Source of the DNA: Centroscyllium fabricii
Taxonomy: Eukaryota
Reading direction: 5' to 3'
DNA length: 64,000 bases
NCBI GenBank assembly: GCA_051313645.2
Contig: JBNRSN020000020.1
Location: forward strand, 75,640,001 to 75,704,000
Made by a program: the position numbers and the translations under genes. Under the pieces are notes generated by a model, which did no database searches, had not been told where the DNA came from, and worked only from the letters and a program-made list of their open reading frames with translations. This document shows, one piece after another, positions 35,790 through 48,461 of this stretch (positions are counted from its first letter, which is position 1; every line of letters begins with the position of its first letter).

Positions 35790-36238
35790 CAGGTTGAAGT
35801 TCGTTAATCCGGCACGGGCGGGACCAGGCCCGTACCGGACAAGTGAAAATCTCGAACGATTGAAGTTTTGGCGAGCGCATGCACAGACCATTCAAAATGG
35901 CCGCCGTGAAAGGCCGGCGGCCATTTTGAGTGATCTGCGCATGCGCTGATCGTTCGGGGAGACCCGGCTCGGGGAGGCTCGCAGCGGCCAGGCTCGGGGA
36001 GGCTCGCAGCGGCCAGGCTCGGGGAAGCTCGCAATGGCCAGGCTCGGCTCGGGTTCAGCTCGGCCATTGTGAATGATCTGCGCATGCGCTCACCGTTCGG
36101 CGGCGCATGCACGGATCATTCACCGAAGCATCGATCGCGGTGGCCATTTTGCGCATGCGCAAGGCAGTCGGGGAAAATTATTGCCGGACGTTCGAAGTTG
36201 CCGGTTTTTCGGGTGCCGGATTAACGAACTTCAACCTG
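35790..36238. mobile_element. Tc1/mariner-like MITE
   Basis: Perfect TIRs CAGGTTGAAGTTCGTTAATCCGGCAC and a TA TSD. Confidence 0.85.
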
Positions 36239-36689
36239 TACAAGAAAATTGCAGATATTAAATGGCACCGATAGGAAAGATATAGTCGACAATGTAAAGC
36301 TGCACCATTGCCATTCTGATAGAATTTTGAACGATAAGTGAGTCAAGGGTTATGGGGAGCGGGTAGGAAAGTGGAGTTGAGGCCAAGATCAGGTCAGCCA
36401 TGATCTTATTGAATGGCGGAGCAGGCTCGAGGGGCCGAAAGGCCGACTCCTGCTCCTACGTCTTATGTTCTTATGTACCTGGGACAACCTGTGCAGCATC
36501 TGCAGGAGCAACAGACAAATGAACATTCCCGGTATGAGGCTTCATCAGAACTGGAAAACAAAATTAAAGTTGAACAGCATTTAAGAAGCTGTAAGATAAC
36601 AGACACAAGCTCAGCTTAGCTGTTTAGATGCTAACTTTGCGCATAGGCCTGAGATTATAAAACAGCTGAAGCTGGTAATTGTAATAACA

Positions 36690-37297
36690 ACAGAAAACGC
36701 TGGAAAAACTCAGCAGGCCAGGCAGCATCGGTGGAGAGAGAAACAGAGCTAACGTTTCGGGTCGATGACCTTTCTTCAAAACTGGAGAAACTGGGGGAGG
36801 GGATAGATTTTAAAGCTGGTAGGGGCTGGGGAAAGGGGGAGGGGCTGAAAGAACAAAGGGAAGGTCAGCGACAGGATAGAAGGCGGGGAGATTAAGAGAC
36901 ATTAAGAGAAATCCAATGAACACAGGATGGCTCTGGAGGAGGTGTGAACGGCTCTGGCAGAGAGAAGAAAAAAGAACAAAGCCCAGACGAAAGTATGGAT
37001 TGAAAAAAGAGAGAAAATATATATATATAAAAAAGTGTGGTAGGGGCCGAGGTTATGATCTAAAATTGTTGAACTCTATGTTTAGTCCAGAGGGCTGTAA
37101 AGTGCCTAATCGAAAGATGAGGTGCTGTTCCTCGAGTTTACGCTGAGCTTCCGTGGAACAATGCAAGAGGCCACAGACAGTGAGGTCTGAATGGGAGTGG
37201 AGTGGAGAATTAAAGTGACAGGCCATCGGGAGCTCGGGGTCCCCCTTACAGACTGAACAGAGGTGTTCCACAAAGCGGTCACCCAGTCTGCGTTTGG
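36690..37297 (-). mobile_element. Penelope-like 3' fragment
   Basis: 'EHLCSVCKGDPELPMACHFNS...RKLEEQHLIFRLGTLQPSGLNIEF' is the GIY-YIG C-terminus, followed by a pLTR. Confidence 0.75.
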
Positions 37298-37657
37298 GTA
37301 ATTGTAACCCATGCTTTGTGCATGATCACTTGCATCAGATGTCTGCCAGGCTCCGATCAGGATCCCTTGGTTTTGACCACAAAATCTGGAACACAAATAT
37401 GTTTTTCCAAAAGCCAATTGCAAGATTGAAGTGCTAACTAGTCGGCCTAATTTTTTAATGGATTTGTTTATTGGAATGTGGGTGATGCTGGCAAAGCGGC
37501 TTTAATTGCCCATCATGAGTTGCCAAGAGAAGGTGGTTGGTGAGGCTTTCTTGGGCTGTTGCAGTCCTTGGGACGGCACTGCTCCTGTGATTGTGTTAGG
37601 TAGAGAATTCCAATTTTGGCCCAGTTTTGAATGAAGAAAAGTGCCTGTTTCAAAATA

Positions 37658-37872
37658 GGTGGACAAATGCAAGAAGTCACACAACACCAGGTTATAGTCC
37701 AACAGTTTTATTTTAAATCACAAGCTTTCGGAGCGTCTGCCCCTTTGTCACCTGACGAAGGGGCAGAAGCTCTGAAAGCTTGTGATTTAAAATATAACTG
37801 TTGGACTATATCCTGGTGTTGTGTGACTTCTTGCATTTGTCCACCCCAGTCCAACACCGGCACCTCCACATC
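37658..37872 (+). mobile_element. Fold-back Penelope pLTR insertion with a hammerhead ribozyme at 37748-37785
   Basis: About 90-bp inverted arms, the motif TCAC-CTGACGA-stem II-GAAAGCTT-GTGA, and the direct repeat TCAAAATAGGTGG at both ends. Confidence 0.7.
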
Positions 37873-38659
37873 AAAATAGGTGGGTGTGCTTTATACCTCC
37901 ACAAGGGGGTGCAAGTGCACCAGTAACGGTTACTCGTGCAATTTCCAGCTGGCCCCTTTTTCACATTTCAGCTATTGCACATTCTAGTTAGGAGTCAGTC
38001 CCAGGTAGCATTGGAATGAATGTTCGTGCCCTAATGTCAAATGATGATAGGTCCTGTACTGAAATCTATACCCTATTATGCAGTGCCCCCCCCACCCCTC
38101 CACCCACCCACCCCTAACCTGCAAGAACACAAGATAGCCAAAAAAGGTTACCTCTAACCAAATCGCTTTGATGGTCGAATACAAAGTACCCTAAGAATCA
38201 GGGGAAGAAACTTGCATCCTATAGGAACTTACATATATCAGAATTCAGATGCATATCTAAATCCATGCTATCTGCCACCTATGCAGATGAGTAAATAAAT
38301 ATATGATGAAATAAAAAAAGAAATATATCAGCATCTGAAAACGAGCAAGGATCAAGTTAACATTTTAGGTGCAGAGTATTTATTTCTGCCTGCAGGGAAA
38401 TAAAATTGAATTATTTTAGCCTATTATGAACTTTTTTTTAAATTTGAAAGTTCTTCCACAACTGAGGATGAAAACAATCATACTAGACTCACTTTTTCAT
38501 GAACTTAAATACAAAGCATATCATGACACTGCTCTGCACAGAAGTGTAATTGGCCTAGAAATTCGGGAGGTGCCCCCGACATTGGGCCTCGACCCTCATT
38601 CCCATCGAGCTGGCAAACTGTGGACAGTAACAGGCAGCTCACCGGCAAAGAGGGATTGA

Positions 38660-39412
38660 AGATTACTTGGTTAATCCCGGGGATGAGGGGGCTGACATAT
38701 GAGGAGAGGTTGAGTAGATTGGGCCTCTACTCATTGGAGTTCAGAAGAATGAGAGGTGATCTTATCGAAACATATAAGATTGTGAGAGGGCTTGATCGGG
38801 TGGATGCGGGGAGGATGTTCCCAATGGTGGGCAAAACTAGGACTAGGGGGCATAATCTTAGAATAAGGGGCTGCCCTTTCAAAACTGAGATGAGGAGAAA
38901 CTTCTTCGCTCAGAGGGTGGTAGGTCTGTGGAATTCGCTGCTCCAGAGAGCTGTGGAAGCTACAACAATGAAGAAATTTAAAACAGAGATAGACAGTTTC
39001 CTAGAAGTAAAGGGAATTAGGGGTTACGGTGAGTGGGCAGGTAAGTGGACGTGAGTCTAGGTTCAGATCGGCCATGGTGGCAGAGCGGGCCCGGGTGCCG
39101 TGTGGCTGGTCACCTCTTACAGAAGGTAGGTTCTGCAGGAAATTCAGGGCCAGAGTGATCTTCTGGACAAGTTTCGATCTCCTAGATGGGTCGGAGAGGA
39201 ATTTCCCAGATTTTTTCTCCCAAATTGGCCACTGGGTTTTTTTATCTGGTTTTTCGCCTCTCCCGGGAGATCACATGGGTTCGGGCGGGATGGAGAGTAA
39301 AAGTAGATTTGAGGTTAGGATCAGATCAGCCATGATCTTATTGAATGGCGGAGCAGGCTCGAGGGGCCGATTGGCCTACTCCTGCTCCTATTTCTTATGT
39401 TCTTATGTTCTT
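38660..39412 (+). mobile_element. CR1 LINE 3' end with an extended 3' UTR
   Basis: 'YEERLSRLGLYSLEFRRMRGDLIETYK...WNSL' and a (TTCTTATG)n tail. Confidence 0.85.
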
Positions 39413-40182
39413 AAGATCGTACCTGCTGCATTGGGAGCAGTAGCCCTCGGGTAAGTGAGGAAGGTGGGTGGCCGGATCATGAATGGGTCCGGAGGTGGCC
39501 GGGGATGGGGGGAGCAGCAGCAGCAGCAGCAGCAGCAATCGCAGTGGGGGGGGGGTATGTGGTCAGCAACAGCAGCATTCTTTCAAGGTGGGATCGGGAG
39601 GTTCGTTTGTTGCCGCCTCTTAAGCCTCATGTAGATCTGGTTTTCCTGCCTCACAGCAAACCTCCAGTCTTGCAGAGGGGGCCTCAAACAGGCATATGCA
39701 AAGTCCGAACGCCTGATTCAGGCGCTGCGCGCTGACCTTTTCGCCTTTACCAATATGGCGGGCGCCGCACTTCTGGCTCGCAATGCGCATGCGCTTTCTG
39801 GCCTCCATAATCGGGGCGTAGGAGGCCGTGTCTTCCTAGACTATTGAGTTGATCCTAAAGTGTTCGAAGTGTGGAAATTGTCCCACAATCTTTCAAACAA
39901 AAGAAATAGATTGTTTTGAAAAAATACAAATCATATAAAAAGGAGATTGATGGTTATTTTAAATCCACGTCCAATGAGAGTTTCAGAAACTTGGAGGTTT
40001 TAATGCAGCAGGTTAATATTTAAATTGAAACTGTCAGGCGCAATTAATAATTTCCAGTATAAAGTCTGTACTTCATGCTTAATTATTTGAGTGGAGATGT
40101 TGAGAATGGTTACACAGAAACATAGAAGATAGGAGCAGGAGTAGGCCATTCGGCCCCTTGAGCCTGCGCCACCATTTAACAG

Positions 40183-40589
40183 AGAAACATAGAAACTAGA
40201 AGCAGGAGTAGGCCATTCGGCCCTTCGAGCCTGCTCCGCCATTCAATGAGATCATGGCTGATCATCCAAACCCAGTACCCCGCCCCTGCCCTCTCCCCGT
40301 ATCCCTAGATCCCTCGATCCCTATCGAACCTGCATCAACACATATCCCACCCTATCCTCGTAACCCCACATATTCAATCCCCCTAACACTAAGGGTCAAT
40401 TTATCCTGGCCAATCAACCTAACCCGCATATCTTTGGACTGTGGGAGGAAACTGGAGCACCCGGAGGAAACCCACGCAGACATGGGGAGAATGTGCAAAC
40501 TCCACACAGATAGTACCCGAGGCTGGATTTGAACCCGGGTCTCCAGTGCTGTGAGACAACACTGCTAATCACTGTGCCACCGTGCCGCC
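40183..40589 (-). mobile_element. HE1-like V-SINE inserted in a CR1 3' end (about 40112-40820, -)
   Basis: Same structure as the other copies. CR1 3' UTR sequence on both sides. Confidence 0.8.
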
Positions 40590-41512
40590 ATTTATTGAGA
40601 TCATGGTTGATCATCCAAATTCAGTATCCTGTCCCTGCTTTCTCCCCATATCCCTCGATTCCTTTAGCCTTAAGAAATATATCTAACTCCTTCTTGAATA
40701 TATTTAATGATTTGGCCTCCACCGCCTTCTGTGGTAGAGAATTCCACAGGTTCACCACTCTCTGGGTGAGGAAATTCCTACTCAGCTCTGTCCTAAATGG
40801 CTTACCCCTGATCCTTAGAAAATGATAACATCATTGAACTTTGAAATAATTCACTAGATGTGAAATGCTGAGAAATGTGATTAGGTTCTTTGATATTGAT
40901 TACGTGATTTACTTGCTTTAATTTGGCTCAGGGTAGATCTGTTGAACCTAACCGGGTCAGTGAACAATACTGAAATGAACATCTTACATTGAAAGCACCA
41001 TCTGATTTACAGTGCTTTGAAAACGTGCACATCAGCCGTAAAGCTGTCAGGTGGCTGAGATATTCCCCTGTCTTCCGCCATATTCACTTCATTTGAAAAA
41101 GAGCTAAGTTTTCTGTGTCAACAGTTCAGTTCTGGCCCTGTGAGCCTGAACAGGACTTGGTTGCGTTACAGCCCCCCTGACCCAGGGCACCAGGAGTATA
41201 TTGTATCGTCTGGCTGCAAGGAGTATATCATCAAACTCAAGGTCTCGTTTCCTCGGATAAAAGCCAAATTAAATATTGGCTCCGCAAATGAACAGCATTT
41301 CTCAAGTAAACACCTGCAGGATAAAAGCTGCAGTGGCTACTCTGCACTGAATTAGTGGAAATGGTGGAGGCGCTGCCAGTAGAAGCAGGTTCAGTACCAT
41401 CAGATTAATTATTTTTTCAGTTGTTTTTTCAATCTTTTGCACAGGTTTTCATATTAGAGTCAGTCATCTACATTTTGTTAACATGATATTTGGTGAGAGT
41501 GGGAGAGAATAT

Positions 41513-41798
41513 TGTGGCGTAGCCACTCAAGAGAGACATCCGATCTCTCTAGGACTCAGAATCCACCTTTCCCGAATGGGCCTGCCCCCGTTTCCCCATT
41601 GGTCAAGTTAGGTCAACGGTTACGGTCCCTGACTGGTCCGAAGGGCTGTCACTCAAGAGCCCCACAGTGCTTTGCGTTTTTGCGCCGTTTTCCAGCAGTT
41701 CTGCGTGGTTCTCCTTGAATAAAGACTTGTTTGATTTTGCTCCACTGTTTTCCTCCATTTCTCGATAATTAAAGAGTGGAAAACTACTGCTCCCCACA
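41513..41798 (+). mobile_element. Solo LTR of a different family (4-bp TSD)
   Basis: TGTGGCG...CCCCACA termini, AATAAA near 41718, and a perfect TSD ATAT. Confidence 0.75.
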
Positions 41799-42197
41799 AT
41801 ATTAACCGCTAGTGGGTTTCAGTGGGGTGAGCGTCAGGCACGCCTGGCGTCATCAGTTTGAGGCCTGGGCTATCTTAACTCCCAGGCCTCACTTACATTC
41901 TGCCGGCCCGCTGCCCGCCCAAATTGGGCAGAAAGAGACCACTGGACAGGGGTCGGTTGGTTAAAATTGCTCGGCCCGAAGGCGGCTCACTAACTGGCCG
42001 CTCAGTCAATGACTTCATCATAGGAAGAGAGGGGAGAAAATTGTCAAGAACATAAACAGTCCTGTTTTCATAGTTACGATAGCAAAATATTGCAGATGCT
42101 GGAGATCTGAAGTAACAACAGAACATGCTGGAAACACTCAGCAGGTCAGTCAGCATCAAGGAGAGAGAAACAGTCAGAGGACCTCGACCTGAAACGT

Positions 42198-43041
42198 TGG
42201 TCTGGATTTTCATTCAAGAGTCGGGTAGGAGGCGGGCCGACAACTTTTGGGGTTGTAGTCCCACCTCCATCGAGTTCTAGCCAACCCACGTGATTTTGAC
42301 TTGATTGACCTTGTTGAGCCCGCCCAGCAGGCTCAGCAGGCCAATTAAGGGCCACCCGGCAACAGGTGATGTCACAGAATGAAATTTCATCTGTCAAGAG
42401 GTTTTGACAGATGAAATATCCGTGTTTCACAGCTGTTTGAAGCTGTCAAACACTGACAGTCTTACTTCTAACATGAGTCCTTCTCCACAGACTCAGTTAG
42501 AAATCTCTCCTGCACAGAAAGCTGCAGGCTGTCACTTTTGACAGTTTGCAGCCAGTCTGCTTTCTGTGCCGGTGAGATGAGGGACTCCCGAGACCTAAAG
42601 GAAGGAAGGCTGAAAAGGTAAGTACATGTAAGTAAAACTTCTTTAAACACTTTAGACATACCAAACACACTTACCTTTGCACTCATGCACACATCACTCA
42701 CCTGAACACCGACATCTCGACCCCTCCAAGTCTTTAACCTGACGGCCCGACTCGCAAACTTGGTGTGGTTTGGAGCCGTCGGGAAACCAACACTACAGCA
42801 TTAAAAATAGGCATTAGGCCAAAAACTGCCTGTTAACTACCTGTTAACAGGCAGTTCATTGGCACTAATCCCTTCCCGCCTCGGGTAGGTGGGTCCCAGT
42901 GCGGGGCGGGTACCCGCCTGCTTTGAAACTGGCATGGAGGCGGGGTTGGGTGCAGGATAGTGTCGGGACACCCGAATTCGGGATTTTAAACCCTCGCACG
43001 CCTCCAATCCCGACTACATGGCCCAATGAAAATCCTGGCCC
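42198..43041. mobile_element. Harbinger-like MITE (CTGTCA/TGACAG-palindrome family)
   Basis: Imperfect TIRs ...GGATTTTCATT / AATGAAAATCC.... Homologous to 48462-50103 and 47321-48060. Confidence 0.65.
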
Positions 43042-43881
43042 AGAACTCTCCGCAGCCTGGGCGCCAACAGGTAGTTTTGGAATTGTTTTGTGGGTCGGAG
43101 ACGTACTCCGGAGGTACGCCTCTGACCGCAATTTCTACCCCAATGCTTTAAACCTCACTTGGTTCTGAGACTGTTGATTATACAGTACTGGAATTTCCAT
43201 TTAATTCCTGAAACTTTTCCATAACTCCTTTCCTGGGTGGCTCTATGAACAATGGTGTGATTAATCTCTCTAAATAAACTGGAGTGTTTTGATGTTGTAG
43301 GTTGTAATTACATTATTTGATAAGGTGGATCCCTTCTACTGTAACCTCTAATTAAATATCTTTCTTGTTCCATTTAATCAAAATTACAATGCATTATTCT
43401 GATGGAATTGTATGTTTATTACCATTCTCTCTACATTAATTTTTCATTTGTCAGAATTGAATTCCAGTGGAAGGGGGTCTGGATATCAGTGGAAAAATAC
43501 ACATTAAATAAATCTAAAAGATAACAGCTATATCTAGCTCTTTTAGTCTGTAATATTTCCCCACACATATACCTCTAACCACAAGTGTAATCAGCAGGGG
43601 GGCGAGGGGGCAAGAATATTTAATTCTCAGATCTTCAAAAGTTTGAGAAAATAAATCCAACAACTTTTCAAGAATTTTCTGTAAGTGTGAAGAGGTGTAC
43701 CAGACTCTAAACCTTGTAAGATGGCTTTCTTGCCTTAACAGTTCATCTTTATCAAATAAGAATGCTCGGGGACATTAGCTTCTCTCTGCCACCAAGTCTG
43801 AATTCCTTGATATGCTCGATCACTGGGGGCACTAACTTAAGCACCAGAAGATAAATATCGTTTTTAATGAATGAAATGGAT

Positions 43882-44643
43882 GGCCCAGAAATTGCAGTGG
43901 AGCCTTCGTGCGGGTGCAGTGCTGCTAGTTGCACTTACCCAGCGCATCTGCCGGTTTGCTTTTTTGCACTCAGTTTTGATTAGCCCAGCTTGTCAGAGCT
44001 CTGTGCGAGCTTCATGGGCAACTGAACGGCGTAATTAGTGCGAGATGGCTTTTGAGACCACGTGATTGGCAGGGAGCCAATCAGTGGAAGCAATCCTCCG
44101 TTCAAAACTTCCACTGAGAAATCTGTGCAAGTTTTGAAAGGAGAGATTACCCAAAGGACATCGAAACTCAAAAATAAAATTTTAAAAACACCACATTTTT
44201 TTAACATTACCCCAACTAACATAAATAACCTATTTTAAAGAAAAAATAAAAATTTACAGAAATTTTTTTCATCTTCTAACTGGCCTAAAAAATACTTACC
44301 TGTCTTTAAAGTTAACAACAATTAAAAACCTGAAAAAACAACACATAAAATCAATAAAATACACACTTACCAGATAAAAACAGGTACTTACAACTCCTTT
44401 TTTCCAGCGTACAATCTTCTGCTCTTGGTCCGTAGAAAAACGTTAAAAAAAACAGAATGACTGAACGCACCCCGTAGTTCGATGGTTCCTGCGAGAGCCA
44501 TCGCAGGAACTCTGCCCAAACCCCACGCTGGCCGCCACAGGAAAACCTGAAGCAGCGCAAATGGCTGCTTCCTGCGCGTTTGAGCTCTGGTGCGCTCGCA
44601 CCAGAGCTCAAACGCGATATGGGCAGACTGCAATTTCTGGCCC
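43882..44643. mobile_element. PIF/Harbinger-like MITE
   Basis: TIRs GGCCCAGAAATTGCAGT / ACTGCAATTTCTGGCCC and a 3-bp TSD (GAT). Confidence 0.8.
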
Positions 44644-44861
44644 GATGAAAAGTAACTGGCAACTTAGCAAGGCGACACTTGTGGCTAAGACCCTCTTCTT
44701 GCGTTTAGTGTGACTCAGTTTATCTCACTGTTATGCCAGGGAGTTCCTGAGTATGGTCCTTGACATTTTAATTTGCTAATATATCTTGTGAATAGCAGGT
44801 GCAGTGCTCTAAGGTGATTCTGCGTGTGTAGCAGATAATCTTCTTATGCAGCATTGTTGTA

Positions 44862-45231
44862 CAGGTCCGGCACCGTTAATCCGGACACCGATAATCTGGA
44901 AACTTCAATCGTCCGGAACGAATCCGGCCGACTGGTCTGCGCATGCGCAAAATGGCCACTGCACTTGGCTGCGCATGCGCAAAATGACCACCATGCTTGG
45001 CTGCTAATGCGTAAAATGGCCACCGCATTTAGCTGCGCATGCCTGGGCCTCTCCCCGAATGATTGATGCTTCAGCGAGCGCATGCGCAGACCATTTAAAA
45101 TGGCCACCGGCCTTCGCGGTGGCCATTTTGAATGGTCTGTGCATGCGCTCGCCGAAGCTTCAATCGTTCGGACTTTTCACTAATCCGGCGCCCCTGGGCC
45201 CGACAGTGCCGGATTAATGGTGTCGGACCTG
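44862..45231. mobile_element. Tc1/mariner-like MITE
   Basis: TIRs CAGGTCCGGCACCGTTAATCCGG / CCGGATTAATGGTGTCGGACCTG and a TA TSD. Confidence 0.8.
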
Positions 45232-45280
45232 TAATAAAATGTACTGTGTAGAGCATTACATTGAGTAAAGGATCATAATC

Positions 45281-45381
45281 AGTTCCGACGAAGGGTCATC
45301 GACCTGAAACGTTAACTCTGTTTCACTCTCCACAGATGCTGCCTGGCCTGCTGAGTGTTTCCAGCATTTTCTCTTTTTATT
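45281..45381 (+). mobile_element. Penelope-type solo repeat with a mutated hammerhead core (CCGACGA)
   Basis: Homologous to 3266-3366. Flanking direct repeat TCATAATCA. Confidence 0.65.
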
Positions 45382-45934
45382 TCATAATCATTGGTTGTTT
45401 ATCTAAAAATAGGATGACCATAACTATTGCAGCTGAATGCAGTCGAGCAGTATTTCACAAATAAATGTTTTAAGAATATAAGTAGACTTACCTGTCCTCT
45501 TAAAAGTAACTTGGATTCTGCTTGAAGTGCTGCATTTTACTTTTTAGGTTTTTTTTGTTATATTGTGCGGTATTTGTTTTTCTTTTTTAATCAAATGTTA
45601 GCTTTAATAGAAAGCTCAGCTGTTTTCTACTGTGGTATTACTTTAACACCATATAGAACTAGTTAGGATAATTAGTAGCATGCGGGCTTGAGCAGGTAAC
45701 AATACTGTGCAACTGATCCAATTTGAATAATGACTGACATTTCCTTTTTTGAAATCTGAATAGTCAGGTATTCAAAATCCAGGAAGTTCCAGTAACTCTT
45801 TTCTCATTGATCAAATGAGCCGTTGTGTTTGAATCTGGGAGTTAGTGTGAAAATCTCTTAGCGAAGGGAAATAAATTTTAAAAACTCTGAAAAAAGCAAA
45901 TGGTCAATTTGAAACAACTCCCAGAGGGGGAAAA

Positions 45935-47005
45935 CATAGAAACATAGAAACATAGAAGATAGGAGCAGCAGTAGGCCATTCGGCCCCTCGAGCCTGCTCC
46001 GCCATTCAATGAGATCACGGCTGATCATCCAAATTCAGTACCCTGTCCCTGCCTTCTCCCCATATCCCTTGATCCCTTCAGCCGTAAGAAATATATCCAA
46101 CACCTTGAATATATTTAATGAATTAGCCTCTACCGCCTTCTGTGGTAGAGAATTCCACAGGTTCACCACTCTCTGGGTGAAGAAATTCCTCCTCATCTCT
46201 GTCCTAAATGGTTTACCCCTTATCCTTAGACTGTGACCCCGGTTCTGGACTCCCCCACCATCGGGAACATCATTCCTGCATCTAGTGCAGAGGGTTGTGA
46301 GGACGGCAGAAAAAATCATTGGGTGCACACTCCCAGCCATTGAAGAGATTTTCCAGACTAGATGTCGGAACAAGGCCGGTGCTATTATTAAAGACCCCAA
46401 CCACCCTGGGCACGATCTGTTTTCCCTCCTGCGATCTGGCCGTCGGTACCGTAGCATTCAAACCAGGACCAGCAGATTTAAAAACAGTTTTTATCCGCAG
46501 GCAGTGCGCCTACTGAACGGCTAACGGCAACTGTTATTATCTGTTATTAATTGTTTTTTTTATACTTACACTTGTTCTACTTTTACTCGTGCTTTTTTCT
46601 TTATAAGTGTGGGAGTGAACGGGGAGTAAGCATTCCATTGTACTTGTTACATATGGCAAATAAAGGATCTTGTATCTTGGATCTTGTATCTTGTATCTTG
46701 TAGTCTGTCCAGTCCTGTTAGAATTTTATAAGTTTCAACGAGATCCCCTCTCATTCTTCTAAACTCCAGCGAGTACAAGCCCAATCGACCCAATCTCTCC
46801 TCATACATCATTCCTGCCATCCCAGGTATCAGCCTGGTGAATCTTCACTGCACTCCTTCCATGGCAAGAACATCCTTCCTTAGATAAGGCGACCAAAACT
46901 GTACTCAATACTCAAGATGTGGTCTCACCAAGGCCCTGTACAACTGCAGCAAGACATCCTTGCTCCTGTACTCAAACCCTCTCGCTACGAAGGCCAACAT
47001 ACCAT
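45935..47005 (-). mobile_element. CR1 LINE 3' part interrupted by a Rex1-like insertion
   Basis: Reverse complement of the CR1 at 58500-59145, with a (CATAGAAA)n tail at the left. Confidence 0.85.
46287..46700 (+). mobile_element. Rex1/Babar-like LINE 3' fragment
   Basis: 'QRVVRTAEKIIG...IIKDPNHPGHDLFSLLRSGRRYRS...RFKNSFYPQAVRLLN', AATAAA, a (TCTTGTA)n tail, and TAGT on both sides. Confidence 0.75.
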
Positions 47006-48084
47006 CTCCGGGAGATTGTTTGTGTCCTCCTTTGTGAAGACAGAACCAAGTCTGCCATTTCTTTGTTACCCATTATAAATTCCCCTTATTCTGACTGCAA
47101 GGGAACTATTTATATCACATCTCCTTGGATCTTATGTTATCTCCAATTTCACTTGTTAGCCACGGTTGAGTCACCTTTTTCGTTTTATTTTTATGCCAAA
47201 AAAAAGGAAACTTCCAGCAAATAGTTTTGATTAATAAAGCCTCCCACAGTGGTATGATATTTAAGAAAAGAAACATTATGCTGTATAAAAATGATTTACA
47301 AAGCCTTATGCTGACACTTGGGGGCGATTTTACCAGCCCTGGGGAGGTGGGTATAGAGGTGGGACTGCCGGGACAATAGCAGAATCTGGGGGCAGGTACC
47401 CCTCCCGCCCTCAACCCGCCTCCGTGCCATCTTCCCAGGAGGCGGGCAGCTAACACGCGCTGGGTCCCGTCTCCTCGAGGCGGGAAGGGGATTACAGCCA
47501 CTTAACTGCCAGTTAACAGCTAGTTAACAGGTAGTTAACAGGTAGTTAACAGGCAGTCAAGAAGATTATCCCCATTTTTACAATGGAGGCATGGGCTTCC
47601 CGACGTGGGGAATCCCCACCAGGGTCACCATGGCAAGCAGTGGGCCCGCGGCGGTCGGAGGGTTGCAAAAGTGCGCTGTGGAAGTGAGTGATGGGTGCAA
47701 GTGTGGAGAGGTAAGTATATGAGGTGAGTGGAAAGTGATAGAAAAAGATTTCTTACCTTTGTTTCTTCCTGCAGGCTTCAATCGTTGGAGATGCGGAGGC
47801 TCCGACATCTCAATGGCAGAGATGACAGAATGACTGCTGTATTCTCCGATGCAACAGCCACCTGATTTCTGCTCAGGAAATAGGTTTGATGAGCCTTTGA
47901 GTACAAGAACTCACCAAACAACAGAGAATGTCAGTGTTTGACAGCTTCTCAAAGCTGTCAAATGATGACAATTCATCTGTCAAACATTTTTGACAGATGA
48001 AACGTCATACGTTGACGTTCTCTGTCACTGTCTTTCCCTTAATTGGCCTGCTAAGTCCACTTGGCCAGATATCGATGAAGGCGG

Positions 48085-48460
48085 GACTGAAACAGGCTGG
48101 GGTTGTTTTCCTTACAGCAGAGAAGGCTGAGGGGGGACCTGATTGAGGTGTACAAAATTATGAGGGGCATAGATAGGGTAGATAGAAAGGAACCTTGCCC
48201 CTTAGTAGAAGGGTCAATAACCAGGGGGCATAGTTTCAAGATCAGGGGCAGGAGGTTTAGAGGGGATTTGAGGAAAAATCTTTACAACCAGAGGGTGGTT
48301 GGAATCTCGAACTCTGAAAGGGTGGTAGAGGCAGGAACCCTCACAACATTCAAGAAGCAGTTAGATGGGCACTTGAAACGCCATAGCATACAAGGCTACG
48401 AACCAAGTGTTGGAAAATGGGATTAGAATAGACAGGGCTTGATGGCCGTTGCGGATACGA
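48085..48460 (+). mobile_element. CR1 LINE 3' fragment
   Basis: 'FSLQQRRLRGDLIEVYKIMRG...TRGH'. Confidence 0.8.
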
Positions 48461-48461
48461 T

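Noticed and set aside
41123-41355. Possible exon or ORF (FSSGPVSLNRTWLRYSPPDP...)
   Set aside because: An acceptor is present but the donor is weak and there is no recognisable homology.
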